From: Gaiellales bacterium
Lineage (GTDB): Bacteria; Actinomycetota; Thermoleophilia; Gaiellales; F1-60-MAGs149
NCBI GenBank assembly: GCA_964203045.1
Contig: CAXNKU010000002.1
Location: forward strand, 7,269-71,268
Length of the DNA: 64,000 nt
Direction of reading: 5' to 3'
Both the position numbers and the translations under genes were made by a program. This document shows, piece after piece, positions 11,671-21,781 of this stretch; the stretch's first letter is position 1, and each line of letters begins with the position of its first letter. The notes under the pieces were generated by a model. The model was not told the origin of the DNA, searched no databases, and was given only the letters and a program-made list of their open reading frames with translations.

Positions 11671-12167
11671 CAAGCGTCGACGGAAGGATCTGGGAACGCG
11701 AGTACGTCTGCAGTCTGCTTGTCACGCCACGCGTGCACGGCAGTCATGATCTCGGGCCGCCCACGACCAACGATCGAGGCAGCGAGCAGACCCGCGTTGA
11801 TCGCGCCGGGTCGACCGATCGCGAGGGTGCCAACGGGGATTCCGGCCGGCATTTGCGCAATCGAGAGCAGGGAGTCAAGGCCCTTCAGTGCCTTCGACTC
11901 AACTGGCACTCCGAGCACCGGTAAAGCCGTCTTCGCCGCACACATGCCGGGCAGGTGCGCGGCACCGCCAGCGCCAGCGATAATCACTTCGATACCGCGA
12001 CCCTCAGCGGCCTCTGCGTAGGCAAACAGCTTGTCGGGCGTGCGGTGAGCCGAAACGACCTCAGTCTCGCAGGGCACACCGAGCGCCTCGAGGGTCTCGG
12101 CGGCATGCCGCATCGTCTCCCAGTCGGACTTCGAACCCATGATGATTCCCACCAGCGGCGCGCTCAT
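11670..12167 (-). CDS. purE: N5-CAIR mutase
   Basis: [24 protein letters not shown] and QMPAGIPV motifs; start at ATG 12167. Confidence 0.97.
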   Translation of the reverse strand: MSAPLVGIIMGSKSDWETMRHAAETLEALGVPCETEVVSAHRTPDKLFAYAEAAEGRGIEVIIAGAGGAAHLPGMCAAKTALPVLGVPVESKALKGLDSLLSIAQMPAGIPVGTLAIGRPGAINAGLLAASIVGRGRPEIMTAVHAWRDKQTADVLAFPDPSVDA

Positions 12168-12192
12168 GCGGTCACCGTAGTCGATCGGGTCG

Positions 12193-13686
12193 TCATGCTC
12201 CAGCCAGCTCTCTCGCCTTGGCGCGGAGCGCCTCAGCAGCCTTCGCGTCGGCCGCGATGGCCTCCTCGGCCCAGCGACGAACCTCGGCACTACGAGCAGC
12301 GACGTCGTCGCACATCGCGCGCACCTGGTCGGCGTCGGACGAGCCAGTCTGCGGACGCAGTGCCGCGCACGCAGCGGGGTCGAGCGCGGCGGCGAGCTCG
12401 GCCTCATCAACCACAATCTCGGCACCAGCGACCTCATTGGCCGCAGCGGCAATGCGCGCGGCGTCGATCTCTCCCCCATGCTCGACCTGGTCGCGCACGA
12501 CCCTGCCGATCACGTGGTGGGCCGAGCGATAGTCGAGCGACGTTGTCTGCGCCAGCATGTCGGCAACATCGGCGGCCGTGACAAACGCGTCGCGCGCACT
12601 CTGCTCCATTCGCGCCGTATTGATCGCCATGCCTGCAGCAACAGCGGCGGCCAGCTGCGCGCTGCGTTCGGCCTCCGCGAGGGAACGGGGAATCAGGCCA
12701 TTGAGCAGGTGAAAGTGATCGGTGCGTGCGGCGCCCGTGTGCATCGTCGTCAACGCGGCGGTGAGATCGCCCGTTGCCTGCCCGGCCCACGTGCGCAGCA
12801 CGGCAAGCGCGTACGGATTCTTCTTCTGCGGCATCAGGGCAGAGACTCGGCTGTGCGTGTCATCGAGCTCGACCCAGCCAAACTCCTGGCTGCACCAGAT
12901 CTCAAGATCCTGCGCAAACTGGCTGATCGACGTCGCCCCGATCGCGAAGCCACTGAGCACCTCGAGATATGGGTCGGATTGCCACATCGCGTCCTTGGCG
13001 TGAACCTCAACCCGTGCGTGGCCGAGCAAGTCGGCGAGACGCTCGCGGTTGATCGGCCAGCGCGAACCGGCGCTCCCACCCACACCTGCGACGCTGCCGG
13101 CGAAATCGCCCTGCACGCGGCGGTAGCGCTCGGCGCTGCGCAGCACCGGATAGGCCCACGTCAGCAACAGATGCCCGACCGTTGTCGGCTGGGCGGGCTG
13201 GAGATAGGTGTAGTCGGCAGCGAGCGAGCCAGCCAGCGGCTTCGCCTGTGCGGCAAGCGCGGCGCTCATGTCACTAAAGGCGGCAGCCGAGCGGGCCAGA
13301 CCCTCGGCCGTGACGAGGCGCAGCGCCACGCGAAACGGCTCACGACGCGGACGCCCGGCACTCAGCCAGCCCGCGGCACTCGAACCGACACGGGCCGTCA
13401 GTTCCTTCTCGCGATTCTGGAAGGCATCGCCCACGGCGGGATCCCAAGGAAAGTCGTGCGGCGCGATCGCGTCCAGCTCGAGCAGGCCGCGCAACAGCTC
13501 GGCACCACGCTCCGCATCAAGACCGCCGCCCTCGATCAGCGCAATCGCGTGAGCAAGGTCCGAGCGCGAGAGCGCATCGGCCAACGCAGGACCTGCAGCC
13601 GCCTCCGTGCCATAGCCAGCGCGCACGAGCTCGTCCGACGGACCAGCCGCCAGGCGCCCTCCCACTCCGAGATGACCATCAGCCAC
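12193..13686 (-). CDS. Argininosuccinate-lyase-like protein (fumarase/aspartase superfamily), atypical active site
   Basis: [10 protein letters not shown] signature, [17 protein letters not shown] and YRSAHHVIG. Start uncertain (GTG ~13686). Confidence 0.8.
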   Translation of the reverse strand: MADGHLGVGGRLAAGPSDELVRAGYGTEAAAGPALADALSRSDLAHAIALIEGGGLDAERGAELLRGLLELDAIAPHDFPWDPAVGDAFQNREKELTARVGSSAAGWLSAGRPRREPFRVALRLVTAEGLARSAAAFSDMSAALAAQAKPLAGSLAADYTYLQPAQPTTVGHLLLTWAYPVLRSAERYRRVQGDFAGSVAGVGGSAGSRWPINRERLADLLGHARVEVHAKDAMWQSDPYLEVLSGFAIGATSISQFAQDLEIWCSQEFGWVELDDTHSRVSALMPQKKNPYALAVLRTWAGQATGDLTAALTTMHTGAARTDHFHLLNGLIPRSLAEAERSAQLAAAVAAGMAINTARMEQSARDAFVTAADVADMLAQTTSLDYRSAHHVIGRVVRDQVEHGGEIDAARIAAAANEVAGAEIVVDEAELAAALDPAACAALRPQTGSSDADQVRAMCDDVAARSAEVRRWAEEAIAADAKAAEALRAKARELAGA

Positions 13687-13827
13687 ACCAGTAGGGTAGC
13701 GGTCGCACAGGGCTTGACCGGTCAGATGGAGCGTCTTGTGCTCCAGCGTGCCTCTCACCCATGACTCTTGAGCGTCGCAATGGTCTCAGTGCGTAATCCT
13801 GAGCGATACACATGTAAGGTTGATTAT

Positions 13828-13861
13828 AATATTGGGGAATGTAATAATGTTCATCAATATT
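13828..13861. promoter_or_regulatory. Candidate TetR operator in an AT-rich divergent promoter
   Basis: Inverted repeat AATATTGnnGAA-N10-TTCnnCAATATT overlapping TATAAT (13825-13830), upstream of the TetR gene. Confidence 0.55.
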
Positions 13862-13897
13862 TCCGATTCCGCAATCCGCGAGAAAAGACACAGCACC

Positions 13898-14530
13898 ATG
13901 ACGACACCCACGCCCGGACGAAAAGACGCGTACATGCTTCGCGCACGCGCCCGCTATCTGCGTGCTGCCGAAGAGGTCATCGCGACGAGCGGCCCGAACG
14001 CCACGATCGAGCAGTTCGCCCTCCACACCGATGTCGCGGTCGCCACGCTCTACAAGCACTTTGGCTCGAAAGACGGCCTGATCAAGGCTGCCATGTTGGA
14101 TGCACGGCAAAAGTGGGAGGCCTGGCAGTTTGAGGTGCTCAGCCAGCTCACTGATCCGCTCGAGCAACTCGTTCTCGGCCTACGCCTTGCCCACCGGATC
14201 AGTACAACCCACCCGACGCTCGCCATGGTGATTGGCCGCGGACGCGAAGCTGGATACTTCGATCCTAGGGAGTTCGGCGCAACATTCATCGCCAACGCTC
14301 GTGCACTCGCGGCCGCCGGCGTCATCAGTGGCGACCACCTCGAGCTCCGCTGCCAGAGCGTTGTCAGTGCCGTGGCAGCAGAGGGCGCCCGTCAGCTCGT
14401 CGGCGAAGCCACCCCAGTAGAAGGCGACCAAGTCGTCGAGATCGTGTTGCCCCTCCTCGGCATCACACCGGCAAAAGCAAAACTCCTTGCGCACTCTGCG
14501 CTCCCCGAGTTTCCGCCTCCAGCCCGCTAG
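13898..14530 (+). CDS. TetR/AcrR family transcriptional regulator
   Basis: HTH ATIEQFA..DVAVATLYKHFGSKDGL. Confidence 0.92.
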   Translation: MTTPTPGRKDAYMLRARARYLRAAEEVIATSGPNATIEQFALHTDVAVATLYKHFGSKDGLIKAAMLDARQKWEAWQFEVLSQLTDPLEQLVLGLRLAHRISTTHPTLAMVIGRGREAGYFDPREFGATFIANARALAAAGVISGDHLELRCQSVVSAVAAEGARQLVGEATPVEGDQVVEIVLPLLGITPAKAKLLAHSALPEFPPPAR

Positions 14531-14539
14531 GGTTCCGAC

Positions 14540-15313
14540 GTGCGCCTGAACGTTCATCACCTCGGCGATTCGCACGGCGAACCGCTGCTCGCGATCCATG
14601 GTGTCACCAGCCACGGCCTGCGCTATCAGGAGTTCGTCAAGCTGGCTGCTCCTGATCGCCACGTGCTCTCGGTGGATCTGCGCGGCCACGGGCGTTCTGG
14701 TTGGGCGCCACCGTGGGATGTCATCACGCATCTGGACGACCTGCTCGAGACGCTGGACGCGGAGGGCGTTGAAGAGCCGGTCGATGTAATGGGCCACTCA
14801 TTCGGAGGTCTGCTGGCACTGTCGCTCGTGACGCTCGCGCCCGAGCTCGTGCGACGCGCCGTGCTACTCGACCCGGCGATCGCGTTGCCCGCCGACTACT
14901 GCGCTGATCGCGCACGGGACACGATCGCCTTTCAGGGTTGGGAGTCAATCGAGCAGGCTCTTGCCGAACGCGAAGCCAGCGTTGCGCCTCATGGGCGCCA
15001 CTTCGTGCCCGCGGAGATCGCCGAACACGTCGAGCTCTGCGACGACGGACGCTACCGCGCACGCTTCCTACCCGCCGCCGCCGTGACGGCGTGGAGCGAG
15101 ATGGCACACGCAGCACCCATTCCCGAGGAGCCGCGCCCGATCCTGATCCTGCGCGCACTCAACGACAACTACGTCCAAGACGACACGCTGCTGGCACCGC
15201 TTGGCGCCGCGCTTGGCGACAAGCTCGAGGTCGTCGGTCTCGACTCGGCGCACATGATCTACTGGGAGGCGCCCGAGGCCGCCGCCGCAGAGATCAAGCG
15301 TTTCCTCGCCTAG
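14540..15313 (+). CDS. Alpha/beta hydrolase
   Basis: IHG, DLRGHGRS, GHSFGG nucleophile elbow and C-terminal AHM. Confidence 0.9.
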   Translation: MRLNVHHLGDSHGEPLLAIHGVTSHGLRYQEFVKLAAPDRHVLSVDLRGHGRSGWAPPWDVITHLDDLLETLDAEGVEEPVDVMGHSFGGLLALSLVTLAPELVRRAVLLDPAIALPADYCADRARDTIAFQGWESIEQALAEREASVAPHGRHFVPAEIAEHVELCDDGRYRARFLPAAAVTAWSEMAHAAPIPEEPRPILILRALNDNYVQDDTLLAPLGAALGDKLEVVGLDSAHMIYWEAPEAAAAEIKRFLA

Positions 15314-16755
15314 TCCGAGTTGACGCTGGCGCGATCGGCCAGCACTGCGTCAAGCAACCAGGCGGCGAAATCGCCCTCGACGTGGAGTTGCTCGAGATCG
15401 GCCTGCGCCTGTGGACGCTGCAGCCGCAACCAGTCACGGCCGTCGCGGCCCGCGTGGACCAATCCAGATAGATAGAAGCCCTGCGAGCGCAAGGTGTCGA
15501 GAGCCGCTTCGCAATCGCAGGTGAGGTCGAGATCGGCGTAGAGCGTCTCGGCACGTCGCCCGTCGTCCGACCAGAGCATGCGCTCGAGGCGGTGCGGGTC
15601 GGCTCCGCCCGACACGAACAGATTCGCCGACAGGCCTTCTTTGAAGAAGACGATTTCCTCACTCAATTCGAGCGGCACCGCACCCTGCGGTTCAACAACC
15701 TCAAGGCCAGCGTTGTCGGCGATGCGCTGCAGCACGTCTGCGTAAAGCGCGGGCAAGGCGACATGCATTCGAGGTGTTGCCGCCAACGGCAGCACAGAAT
15801 TGAGCAGCGCCCCACGCCCCACGGGCTCCCCACCATCGCTGCCTTGAGCCTGCGCCATCGCGGCAGGCGCAGCACCGATCATCAGTGCAGTCGGCTTGTA
15901 CCCCGACTTGAACTCCGAGCGCTGGCTGTAGATGTGGGCTGTGGTGGCCTGGCCAAACATGGCGGGAATCCCCAGCGCTTTGGCGCGCGCGACCGTGCAC
16001 TCAAACATCTGGTCGAAGAGTCCGAGGCCACGCCACTCGCGAGCGACGACCGCCACGCCAGACTCGGCGGCCTCGCGCGGACCCGAGATCAACAGGGCGT
16101 GATGCCCAATCAGCTCGTCACCCGCATACGCGACGGTGCTCGAGACGTGTCCGTCGTTCATCGCTGCTTCAACCCAAACGGGACGGTAAAAGTCGGCGTG
16201 GACGTAGCCAAGGCCATAGCCGCGGTACATCAATTGCGAGATCGCCTCAGCATCAGCGATTGTCGCATCGCGAATTTCGATGCCTTCTGCAGACTCCGAT
16301 CGCGATGCACGCTCGGCGTCGGCCGCACCATCGATGACAGGGGACAGGACGATCGCGTGCTCAGTTGCAATGTGGAGCGTGAGCCGTTTGCCTTCGTTGG
16401 CGAGGTTGATCAGCCGCACGTTCTCGCCGACGACCTCCGCATCTTCAAGCCCGGCCGGGAGTGGACCGTCTGGACCACCAGCACGCCGAAAGGGCTTGCC
16501 CCAGTCGTGCACGTCGACCACGATCCCGTCGGTGTCGAGCTCGAGACTGATCTCAACGTCGCCACCACTGTCCCCTCCATACGACTGTTCGATACTGAAG
16601 CTGACGAGGCAACGAATCGCACGCTGGAGTCGCTCGACACCTTCGGTGGGGATACCAGCCTCGTGCGCAAAGCTCGTCGCGACGGCTTCGGCAATGATCG
16701 CCGTCGACGGCGAGGCGGGAATGGTGAGCGTCGCACGACCAAGCATGCGCGACAT
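15310..16755 (-). CDS. HATPase_c (RsbW-like) + GNAT acetyltransferase fusion, paralog 1
   Basis: VHDWGKPF G1 box; GNAT motif VVAREWRGLGLF. The true start may be ATG 16746. Confidence 0.75.
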   Translation of the reverse strand: MSRMLGRATLTIPASPSTAIIAEAVATSFAHEAGIPTEGVERLQRAIRCLVSFSIEQSYGGDSGGDVEISLELDTDGIVVDVHDWGKPFRRAGGPDGPLPAGLEDAEVVGENVRLINLANEGKRLTLHIATEHAIVLSPVIDGAADAERASRSESAEGIEIRDATIADAEAISQLMYRGYGLGYVHADFYRPVWVEAAMNDGHVSSTVAYAGDELIGHHALLISGPREAAESGVAVVAREWRGLGLFDQMFECTVARAKALGIPAMFGQATTAHIYSQRSEFKSGYKPTALMIGAAPAAMAQAQGSDGGEPVGRGALLNSVLPLAATPRMHVALPALYADVLQRIADNAGLEVVEPQGAVPLELSEEIVFFKEGLSANLFVSGGADPHRLERMLWSDDGRRAETLYADLDLTCDCEAALDTLRSQGFYLSGLVHAGRDGRDWLRLQRPQAQADLEQLHVEGDFAAWLLDAVLADRASVNSD

Positions 16756-16763
16756 GGTACTGA

Positions 16764-16875
16764 GCAGGCGGACATGTTGGGCCCGGGCCCATCATGTCCG
16801 CCTGCGACCCAGATTGTGAAACCGCCCCTCGCGAGACCTGTGAGTGACTCAGCGTGACGAATACGTATTCGTCAC
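16764..16875. repeat. 112-bp composite element, copy 1 (42-bp GGGCCCGGGCCC palindrome + 22-bp GTGACGAATAC|GTATTCGTCAC palindrome)
   Basis: Aligns without gaps to 18419-18530 with 12 mismatches (hand count). Confidence 0.9.
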
Positions 16876-16928
16876 ATGGGTGTGACGCAATGCAGACGAC
16901 GAATGAAAGACCCCCAGCGTGGAGTGCC

Positions 16929-18380
16929 TCAGGTAACGCTCGCGCGGTCGGCGAGGACCTCATCGAGCAGCCAGCGCGCCTCGGGCAGAAGCCGAATGCC
17001 ATCGATGTCTGCAGCGGCCTGCGGACGCTGCATGCGAAGCCAGTCGCGACCATCGCGACCCGCTGGAATCAGGCCGCTCAGGTAGAAGCCGCGGTCGCGC
17101 AGCATCTCGATCGCATCGGAGCAGTCGAAGGTGAGATCAAGATCAACGTAAAGCGTCTCGGCCCGACGTGCATCCTCAGCCCAAAATTCGCGCTCGACGG
17201 CCCGCAAGTCATGCTGACCGGAGACGTAGACAAACTCGCTGCCCGCTTGTTTCCAGTAGATCGGAGCGTCCTCGACGCCGGCGGGGTCGGCTCCGTCAGG
17301 TGCGACGATCGCATAACCGGCCTCTTCTGCTATCCGCCGCAACACCGCCGCGTACTGCTCGGGCAGTGTTGCCGTGAGCACTGGCGCGGCAGCGAGTGGC
17401 AGCACCGCATAGGCCAAGCCACCACGCGCCGAAGCCTGCGTGCCACGCTTGATCTGACCTTTTGCCATCGTGGGCGGCGCACCTCCGATCATCACCGCCG
17501 TGAACTGGTACCCAGACCCAACTCCCAGTCGCTGGCTCACAACATGCGCCGTTGTCGACTGCCCAAAGACCGCCGACACGCCAAGGCTGCGCGCATTCGC
17601 GACTGCGAAGTCGTGCAGACGGTTGTAGAGCCAGAGCCCGCGCCACTCCTCCGCGATCAAGGCTGCTGCCATCTCGGGAGCCTCACCGGATCCCATCGTG
17701 CTCATTGGACCAGATCCAAACAGCGCGATATGACCGGCTAACTCGTCACCCGCATACGCGACAGTGCTGGCGAGAATACCTCGCTCAATGCCAATCGCGA
17801 TGATCACTGGCCGATAGAACTCGGCGTGCACATAGTCCAGGCCGTAGTTGTCGTACAGGAGTCCGCAGATAGCATCGGCATCCTCCGGTGTGGCGAGTCT
17901 AATCTCGACTTCGTTCTCGCTGTGATGATCGAGTTGCTTCGGCGTACGCGCTGGTTTGGTCGGGGCTGTGGCAAGCCTGGCGTTGGCGTCGTGGGTGCAC
18001 GGAATCTGAAGTGTGAGCAGTTTCCCTTCGTCCGCCAGATTGTCTAAATGCGCATCCGGATCAAGTTCCGCCGCCTCGGCCAGCTCGGATGGCAGGGGAC
18101 CAAACGATCCTCCCCCTCGACGCCATGGTCGTCCCCAATCCTGCACTGCGACCTTGACGCCATTGGGCTCGAGGTCGAGTCTCAACTCGATCTCGCCACC
18201 CGTCACGTCCTTGTACGAATGATGGACAGAGAAGGCCACGAAGATCTGCACGGCACGCTGCACACGCTCGGCATCGTCGATCGCCAAGCCCGCATTCGTA
18301 GCGAACTGGACTGTAGTGACATCTGCCAGCCGCAGAGCGGCGGGCGAGGCCTCGAACGAGAGTCGGATGCTGCCACTCAT
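16929..18380 (-). CDS. HATPase_c (RsbW-like) + GNAT acetyltransferase fusion, paralog 2
   Basis: VQDWGRPW and EEWRGLWL; shares YVHAxFYRP and GRDGRDWLRxQRPQA with paralog 1. Confidence 0.75.
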   Translation of the reverse strand: MSGSIRLSFEASPAALRLADVTTVQFATNAGLAIDDAERVQRAVQIFVAFSVHHSYKDVTGGEIELRLDLEPNGVKVAVQDWGRPWRRGGGSFGPLPSELAEAAELDPDAHLDNLADEGKLLTLQIPCTHDANARLATAPTKPARTPKQLDHHSENEVEIRLATPEDADAICGLLYDNYGLDYVHAEFYRPVIIAIGIERGILASTVAYAGDELAGHIALFGSGPMSTMGSGEAPEMAAALIAEEWRGLWLYNRLHDFAVANARSLGVSAVFGQSTTAHVVSQRLGVGSGYQFTAVMIGGAPPTMAKGQIKRGTQASARGGLAYAVLPLAAAPVLTATLPEQYAAVLRRIAEEAGYAIVAPDGADPAGVEDAPIYWKQAGSEFVYVSGQHDLRAVEREFWAEDARRAETLYVDLDLTFDCSDAIEMLRDRGFYLSGLIPAGRDGRDWLRMQRPQAAADIDGIRLLPEARWLLDEVLADRASVT

Positions 18381-18418
18381 CTGGCAACTCTAGGTGACAG
18401 CCAAACCAGTCGTTGAAT

Positions 18419-18530
18419 GCAGGCGGACATTTTGGGCCCGGGCCCAAAATGTCCGCCTGTGTGCCAGATCATGAAACCACCCCTCGCGGGACCTGTGAGC
18501 GACTCAGCGTGACGAATACGTAATCGTCAC
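18419..18530. repeat. 112-bp composite element, copy 2 (includes a perfect 40-bp palindrome at 18420-18459)
   Basis: CAGGCGGACATTTTGGGCCC|GGGCCCAAAATGTCCGCCTG ... GTGACGAATACGTAATCGTCAC. Confidence 0.9.
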
Positions 18531-19639
18531 GCGCATGTGACGGAAGGCAGACCCAGAGTCCAGGCGAGGCGGGTGGCGGCACGGTCTAGCGCTCGCGGTG
18601 CCGGCCGGCCATCCCAGTTCATCGCGAGGATGCGCAACGCGCCTGCCTTGCGATCGGCTTTGACATCGGCGCGGCCGACGAGGCGCGAGCCGACGAGTAA
18701 GGGCAGCACGTAGTAGCCGTACTGGCGCTTTTGCTTCGGCACGTAGATCTCGAGACGGTGTCGAAAGCCGAACAGGCGCTCCGTCTCGTCACGATCCCAA
18801 ATTAGGTTGTCAAACGGACAGAGCAAGACGGCCGCCGTTGGATCGTGTGGAGGAGTCAGTGCAGCTGGGTCTGCGAGCGCCGCGTGCTCACCTACCTGCA
18901 CGCGGACGAGCGATCCTTCGTCAATGAGTTCGGCCATAGGAGCGGCGAGTGGCTTGGAGCGACCCTGGACGCGGAAGTAGTCGCTCAGTCGCTTCTCCGT
19001 GACAATCCCCCGCGCGGTGACAGCGCGCAGTACCCGCCAACGCAGCGCCGCCGCCTCGTCGACCGGTTCAAGCTGCTGCGCGGTGTAGAGCCGCTCGGGC
19101 AGGTCGTAGACCCGTGCAAAACTCTTGCGCTCGCGCACCGCCAACTGTCCACTCGAGAAGAGCGCCTCGAAGACCTGCTTGGCAGGCGACCACTCCCACC
19201 ACCCCGGTGTGCCCGCGCCGCCAAAATCGCCCGGCGTCAGGGGCCCCTCCGCCTCGATGCGACGCAAGACTGCCTTCGCAATCCTCGGATGCTCTTGAAG
19301 GACCGGCCCCCACCAGCGATGCTGCTGCTCGCTGAGCATGCCGCCTCGAAAGTAGGGCAGGTCGTTCGCGTCGATCAGGCTGGCCTCGTGTGCCCACACT
19401 TCTGCAATGGAGCCACTACGACGCAGACCGTTGAGTGTCGTCGCCGGCACTCGGCCGACGCGTGCCGCGAGCGTTAGGCGATGCGCTCGCGCGACGGTCA
19501 TCACCGAATCGAGTTGGACACAGCCCAGCCGACCGATCGTCGCCAGTACTTCGTCTGCCGTCGCCACCCGATTGCGCGTTGCAAAGCCTTGCCGCGAGAC
19601 GATGATGGTGCAGGCCTCGGCGGGAGAAAGGTGCTCCAC
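18527..19639 (-). CDS. YcaQ/AlkZ-family (HTH_42) DNA glycosylase for interstrand crosslink repair
   Basis: VQLDSV (QxD), WAHEAS, LCPFDNLIWDR and RLEIYVPK..RQYGYY. Confidence 0.88.
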   Translation of the reverse strand: MEHLSPAEACTIIVSRQGFATRNRVATADEVLATIGRLGCVQLDSVMTVARAHRLTLAARVGRVPATTLNGLRRSGSIAEVWAHEASLIDANDLPYFRGGMLSEQQHRWWGPVLQEHPRIAKAVLRRIEAEGPLTPGDFGGAGTPGWWEWSPAKQVFEALFSSGQLAVRERKSFARVYDLPERLYTAQQLEPVDEAAALRWRVLRAVTARGIVTEKRLSDYFRVQGRSKPLAAPMAELIDEGSLVRVQVGEHAALADPAALTPPHDPTAAVLLCPFDNLIWDRDETERLFGFRHRLEIYVPKQKRQYGYYVLPLLVGSRLVGRADVKADRKAGALRILAMNWDGRPAPRALDRAATRLAWTLGLPSVTCA

Positions 19640-19640
19640 G

Positions 19641-21182
19641 CTAGTGGCGGAAGTGGCGGCGGCCGACGTGGAGCATCGCCACACCAGCCGCATCGACGGC
19701 GGCCGTCACCTCGTCGTCGCGCTTTGCGCCACCCGGCTGGATGATCGCGGTGATGCCCGCCTGCAACGCCAGCTCGGCCCCATCGGGGAACGGGAAGAAC
19801 GCATCGGAAGCGAGCACGGCGCCAGCGCGGCGATCCTCTGGCGTCTTCTCCACCGCGATCCGGACCGAATCGACACGGCTCATCTGGCCGGCGCCAATTC
19901 CCAGGGTTGCACCATCGCGTGCGATCACGATCGCGTTCGACGAAACGTGGCGCACGATGCGCCAGGCGAACACGAGGTCCGCCCACTCGCGCGAGTCGGG
20001 CTCAACGCTCGTGACCACGGTCATCGCGGCGCGCGGCTCGTCGGCGCTATCGGGATCCTGCACCAACATGCCGCCGGGCACGGGGCGGTAGTGACGCAGT
20101 GGGCCACGACGCGGCGGCTCGGTGTCTTCCAAGAGGCGCGTGTTCGGGCGAACGGCGAGTGCCTCGAGCGCGCCATCCTCGAAGCTCGGTGCGATGACCA
20201 CCTCGAGGAACTGCTCGGCGAGGCGCGCACCGAGCTCGGCGGTGATCGGACGATTGATAGCGATCACGCCACCAAACGCGCTGACTGGATCGCCGGCCAG
20301 CGCCTTTTCGTAGGCCTCGCCTGCATCGCTACCGAGCGCAACGCCACACGGGTTCTGGTGCTTGATGATCGCGCACGCCGGCTCGTCGAACTCGTTCGCG
20401 ATCGCGTGCGCGGCCGCGAGGTCGGCAAGGTTGTTGTAGGAGAGTCCCTTGCCGCCATGCTGGACGACGCCAGTGAGCAGGTGACGAGAGGCAGTGCGAT
20501 CGACGTAGTACGCGGCCTCTTGGTGCGGATTCTCGCCGTACGGCAATTCGCGTTCGCGCTGCAGGTCGATCACGATCTCATCAGGCAGCGCGACGTTGCC
20601 CATAAACCAGGCAGAGATCGCAGCGTCGTAGCCAGCCGTCATCGTGAAGGCCTCGGCAGCAAGCCGGCGCCGCGTCTCGTCGCTGAGTGCGCCGTCGTGC
20701 TCGCGTAGCTCGGCGATCACTTCTGCATATCGACTCGGTGATGTGACGACCCCGACGGCCTGGTGGTTCTTCGCGGCAGCGCGCACCATTGCTGGCCCAC
20801 CCACGTCGATCTTCTCGATCACCTCGGCATCGGTGATGCCAGGTGTCGCTACGGTCTCGCGGAAGGGGTAGAGGTTGACGACGACGAGACCAATTTCCTT
20901 GATGCCGAACTCCTCGATGCGTGCCAAGTCTTCGGGGACGTCGCGACGGGCGAGGATGCCCCCGTGGATGCCGGGGTGAAGCGTTTTGACTCGCCCACCG
21001 AGCATCTCAGGCGCGCCGGTCACCTCTTCGACTGCAAGCCACGGCACGCCTGCCTCGGCGATGCGCTTACCGGTACCACTCGACGCAACGATCTCGATAC
21101 CGAGCTCGTGCATTGCCAACGCCAGCTCTTCGAGGCCCGTCACATCCGAGACCGAGATCAGGGCGCGGCGAATGCGACTCAT
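19641..21182 (-). CDS. purH: AICAR transformylase / IMP cyclohydrolase
   Basis: RALISVSD, GGRVKTLHP, YGENPHQ, KHQNPCG and ASDAFFPF; ends in RHFRH. Confidence 0.97.
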   Translation of the reverse strand: MSRIRRALISVSDVTGLEELALAMHELGIEIVASSGTGKRIAEAGVPWLAVEEVTGAPEMLGGRVKTLHPGIHGGILARRDVPEDLARIEEFGIKEIGLVVVNLYPFRETVATPGITDAEVIEKIDVGGPAMVRAAAKNHQAVGVVTSPSRYAEVIAELREHDGALSDETRRRLAAEAFTMTAGYDAAISAWFMGNVALPDEIVIDLQRERELPYGENPHQEAAYYVDRTASRHLLTGVVQHGGKGLSYNNLADLAAAHAIANEFDEPACAIIKHQNPCGVALGSDAGEAYEKALAGDPVSAFGGVIAINRPITAELGARLAEQFLEVVIAPSFEDGALEALAVRPNTRLLEDTEPPRRGPLRHYRPVPGGMLVQDPDSADEPRAAMTVVTSVEPDSREWADLVFAWRIVRHVSSNAIVIARDGATLGIGAGQMSRVDSVRIAVEKTPEDRRAGAVLASDAFFPFPDGAELALQAGITAIIQPGGAKRDDEVTAAVDAAGVAMLHVGRRHFRH

Positions 21183-21781
21183 CGTGCCACCGCCTGCGGT
21201 GTGGGAATTTCGTTGCGTGCCAGACGGCGAACGACGTCGGGCAGCAGGCGATGCTCGACTGCTTGGATCCGCTCGTGCAGCGCGGCACCGTCGTCGCCCG
21301 GTCGAATCGGGACGGGCTCCTGTGCAATTGGCGGCCCCGTGTCGAGTCCGGCATCGACGAGATGCACGGTGACCCCCGTCTCGGGCGCACCCGCCGCGAG
21401 GGCCTGCTCCCAGGCCTTCAATCCTGGAAAGGCTGGCAGGAGCGATGGGTGCACATTGATCGTGAGGAAGCGGTCGACGAAGACGGGCGTCAGGATCTCG
21501 AGAAAGCCGGCCAACACCACGAGTTCGACGTCGCGGGCTGCAAGCCAGTCGCCCATCAGTCGGTCGCGCTCTGCCCAATCCTCGCCGCGCACGAAGACCT
21601 CGGTCTCGATCTCGACGTCCTTGGCGCGCGCCAGCGCGATCGCGTCGGCACGATTGGAGGCAACAGCGACAATCCGCGCAGTCTCATCGAGCCCGTCGAG
21701 CAAGGCTGCGAGATTCGAACCACGACCCGAGGCGAGCACCGCGATGCGCAGTGGGTCGTCAACAGAAGCGGCGCGGATCAT
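21179..21781 (-). CDS. purN: Phosphoribosylglycinamide formyltransferase
   Basis: ASGRGSNL, INVHPSLLPAFPG and GVTVHLVDAGLDTGP. Confidence 0.96.
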   Translation of the reverse strand: MIRAASVDDPLRIAVLASGRGSNLAALLDGLDETARIVAVASNRADAIALARAKDVEIETEVFVRGEDWAERDRLMGDWLAARDVELVVLAGFLEILTPVFVDRFLTINVHPSLLPAFPGLKAWEQALAAGAPETGVTVHLVDAGLDTGPPIAQEPVPIRPGDDGAALHERIQAVEHRLLPDVVRRLARNEIPTPQAVAR

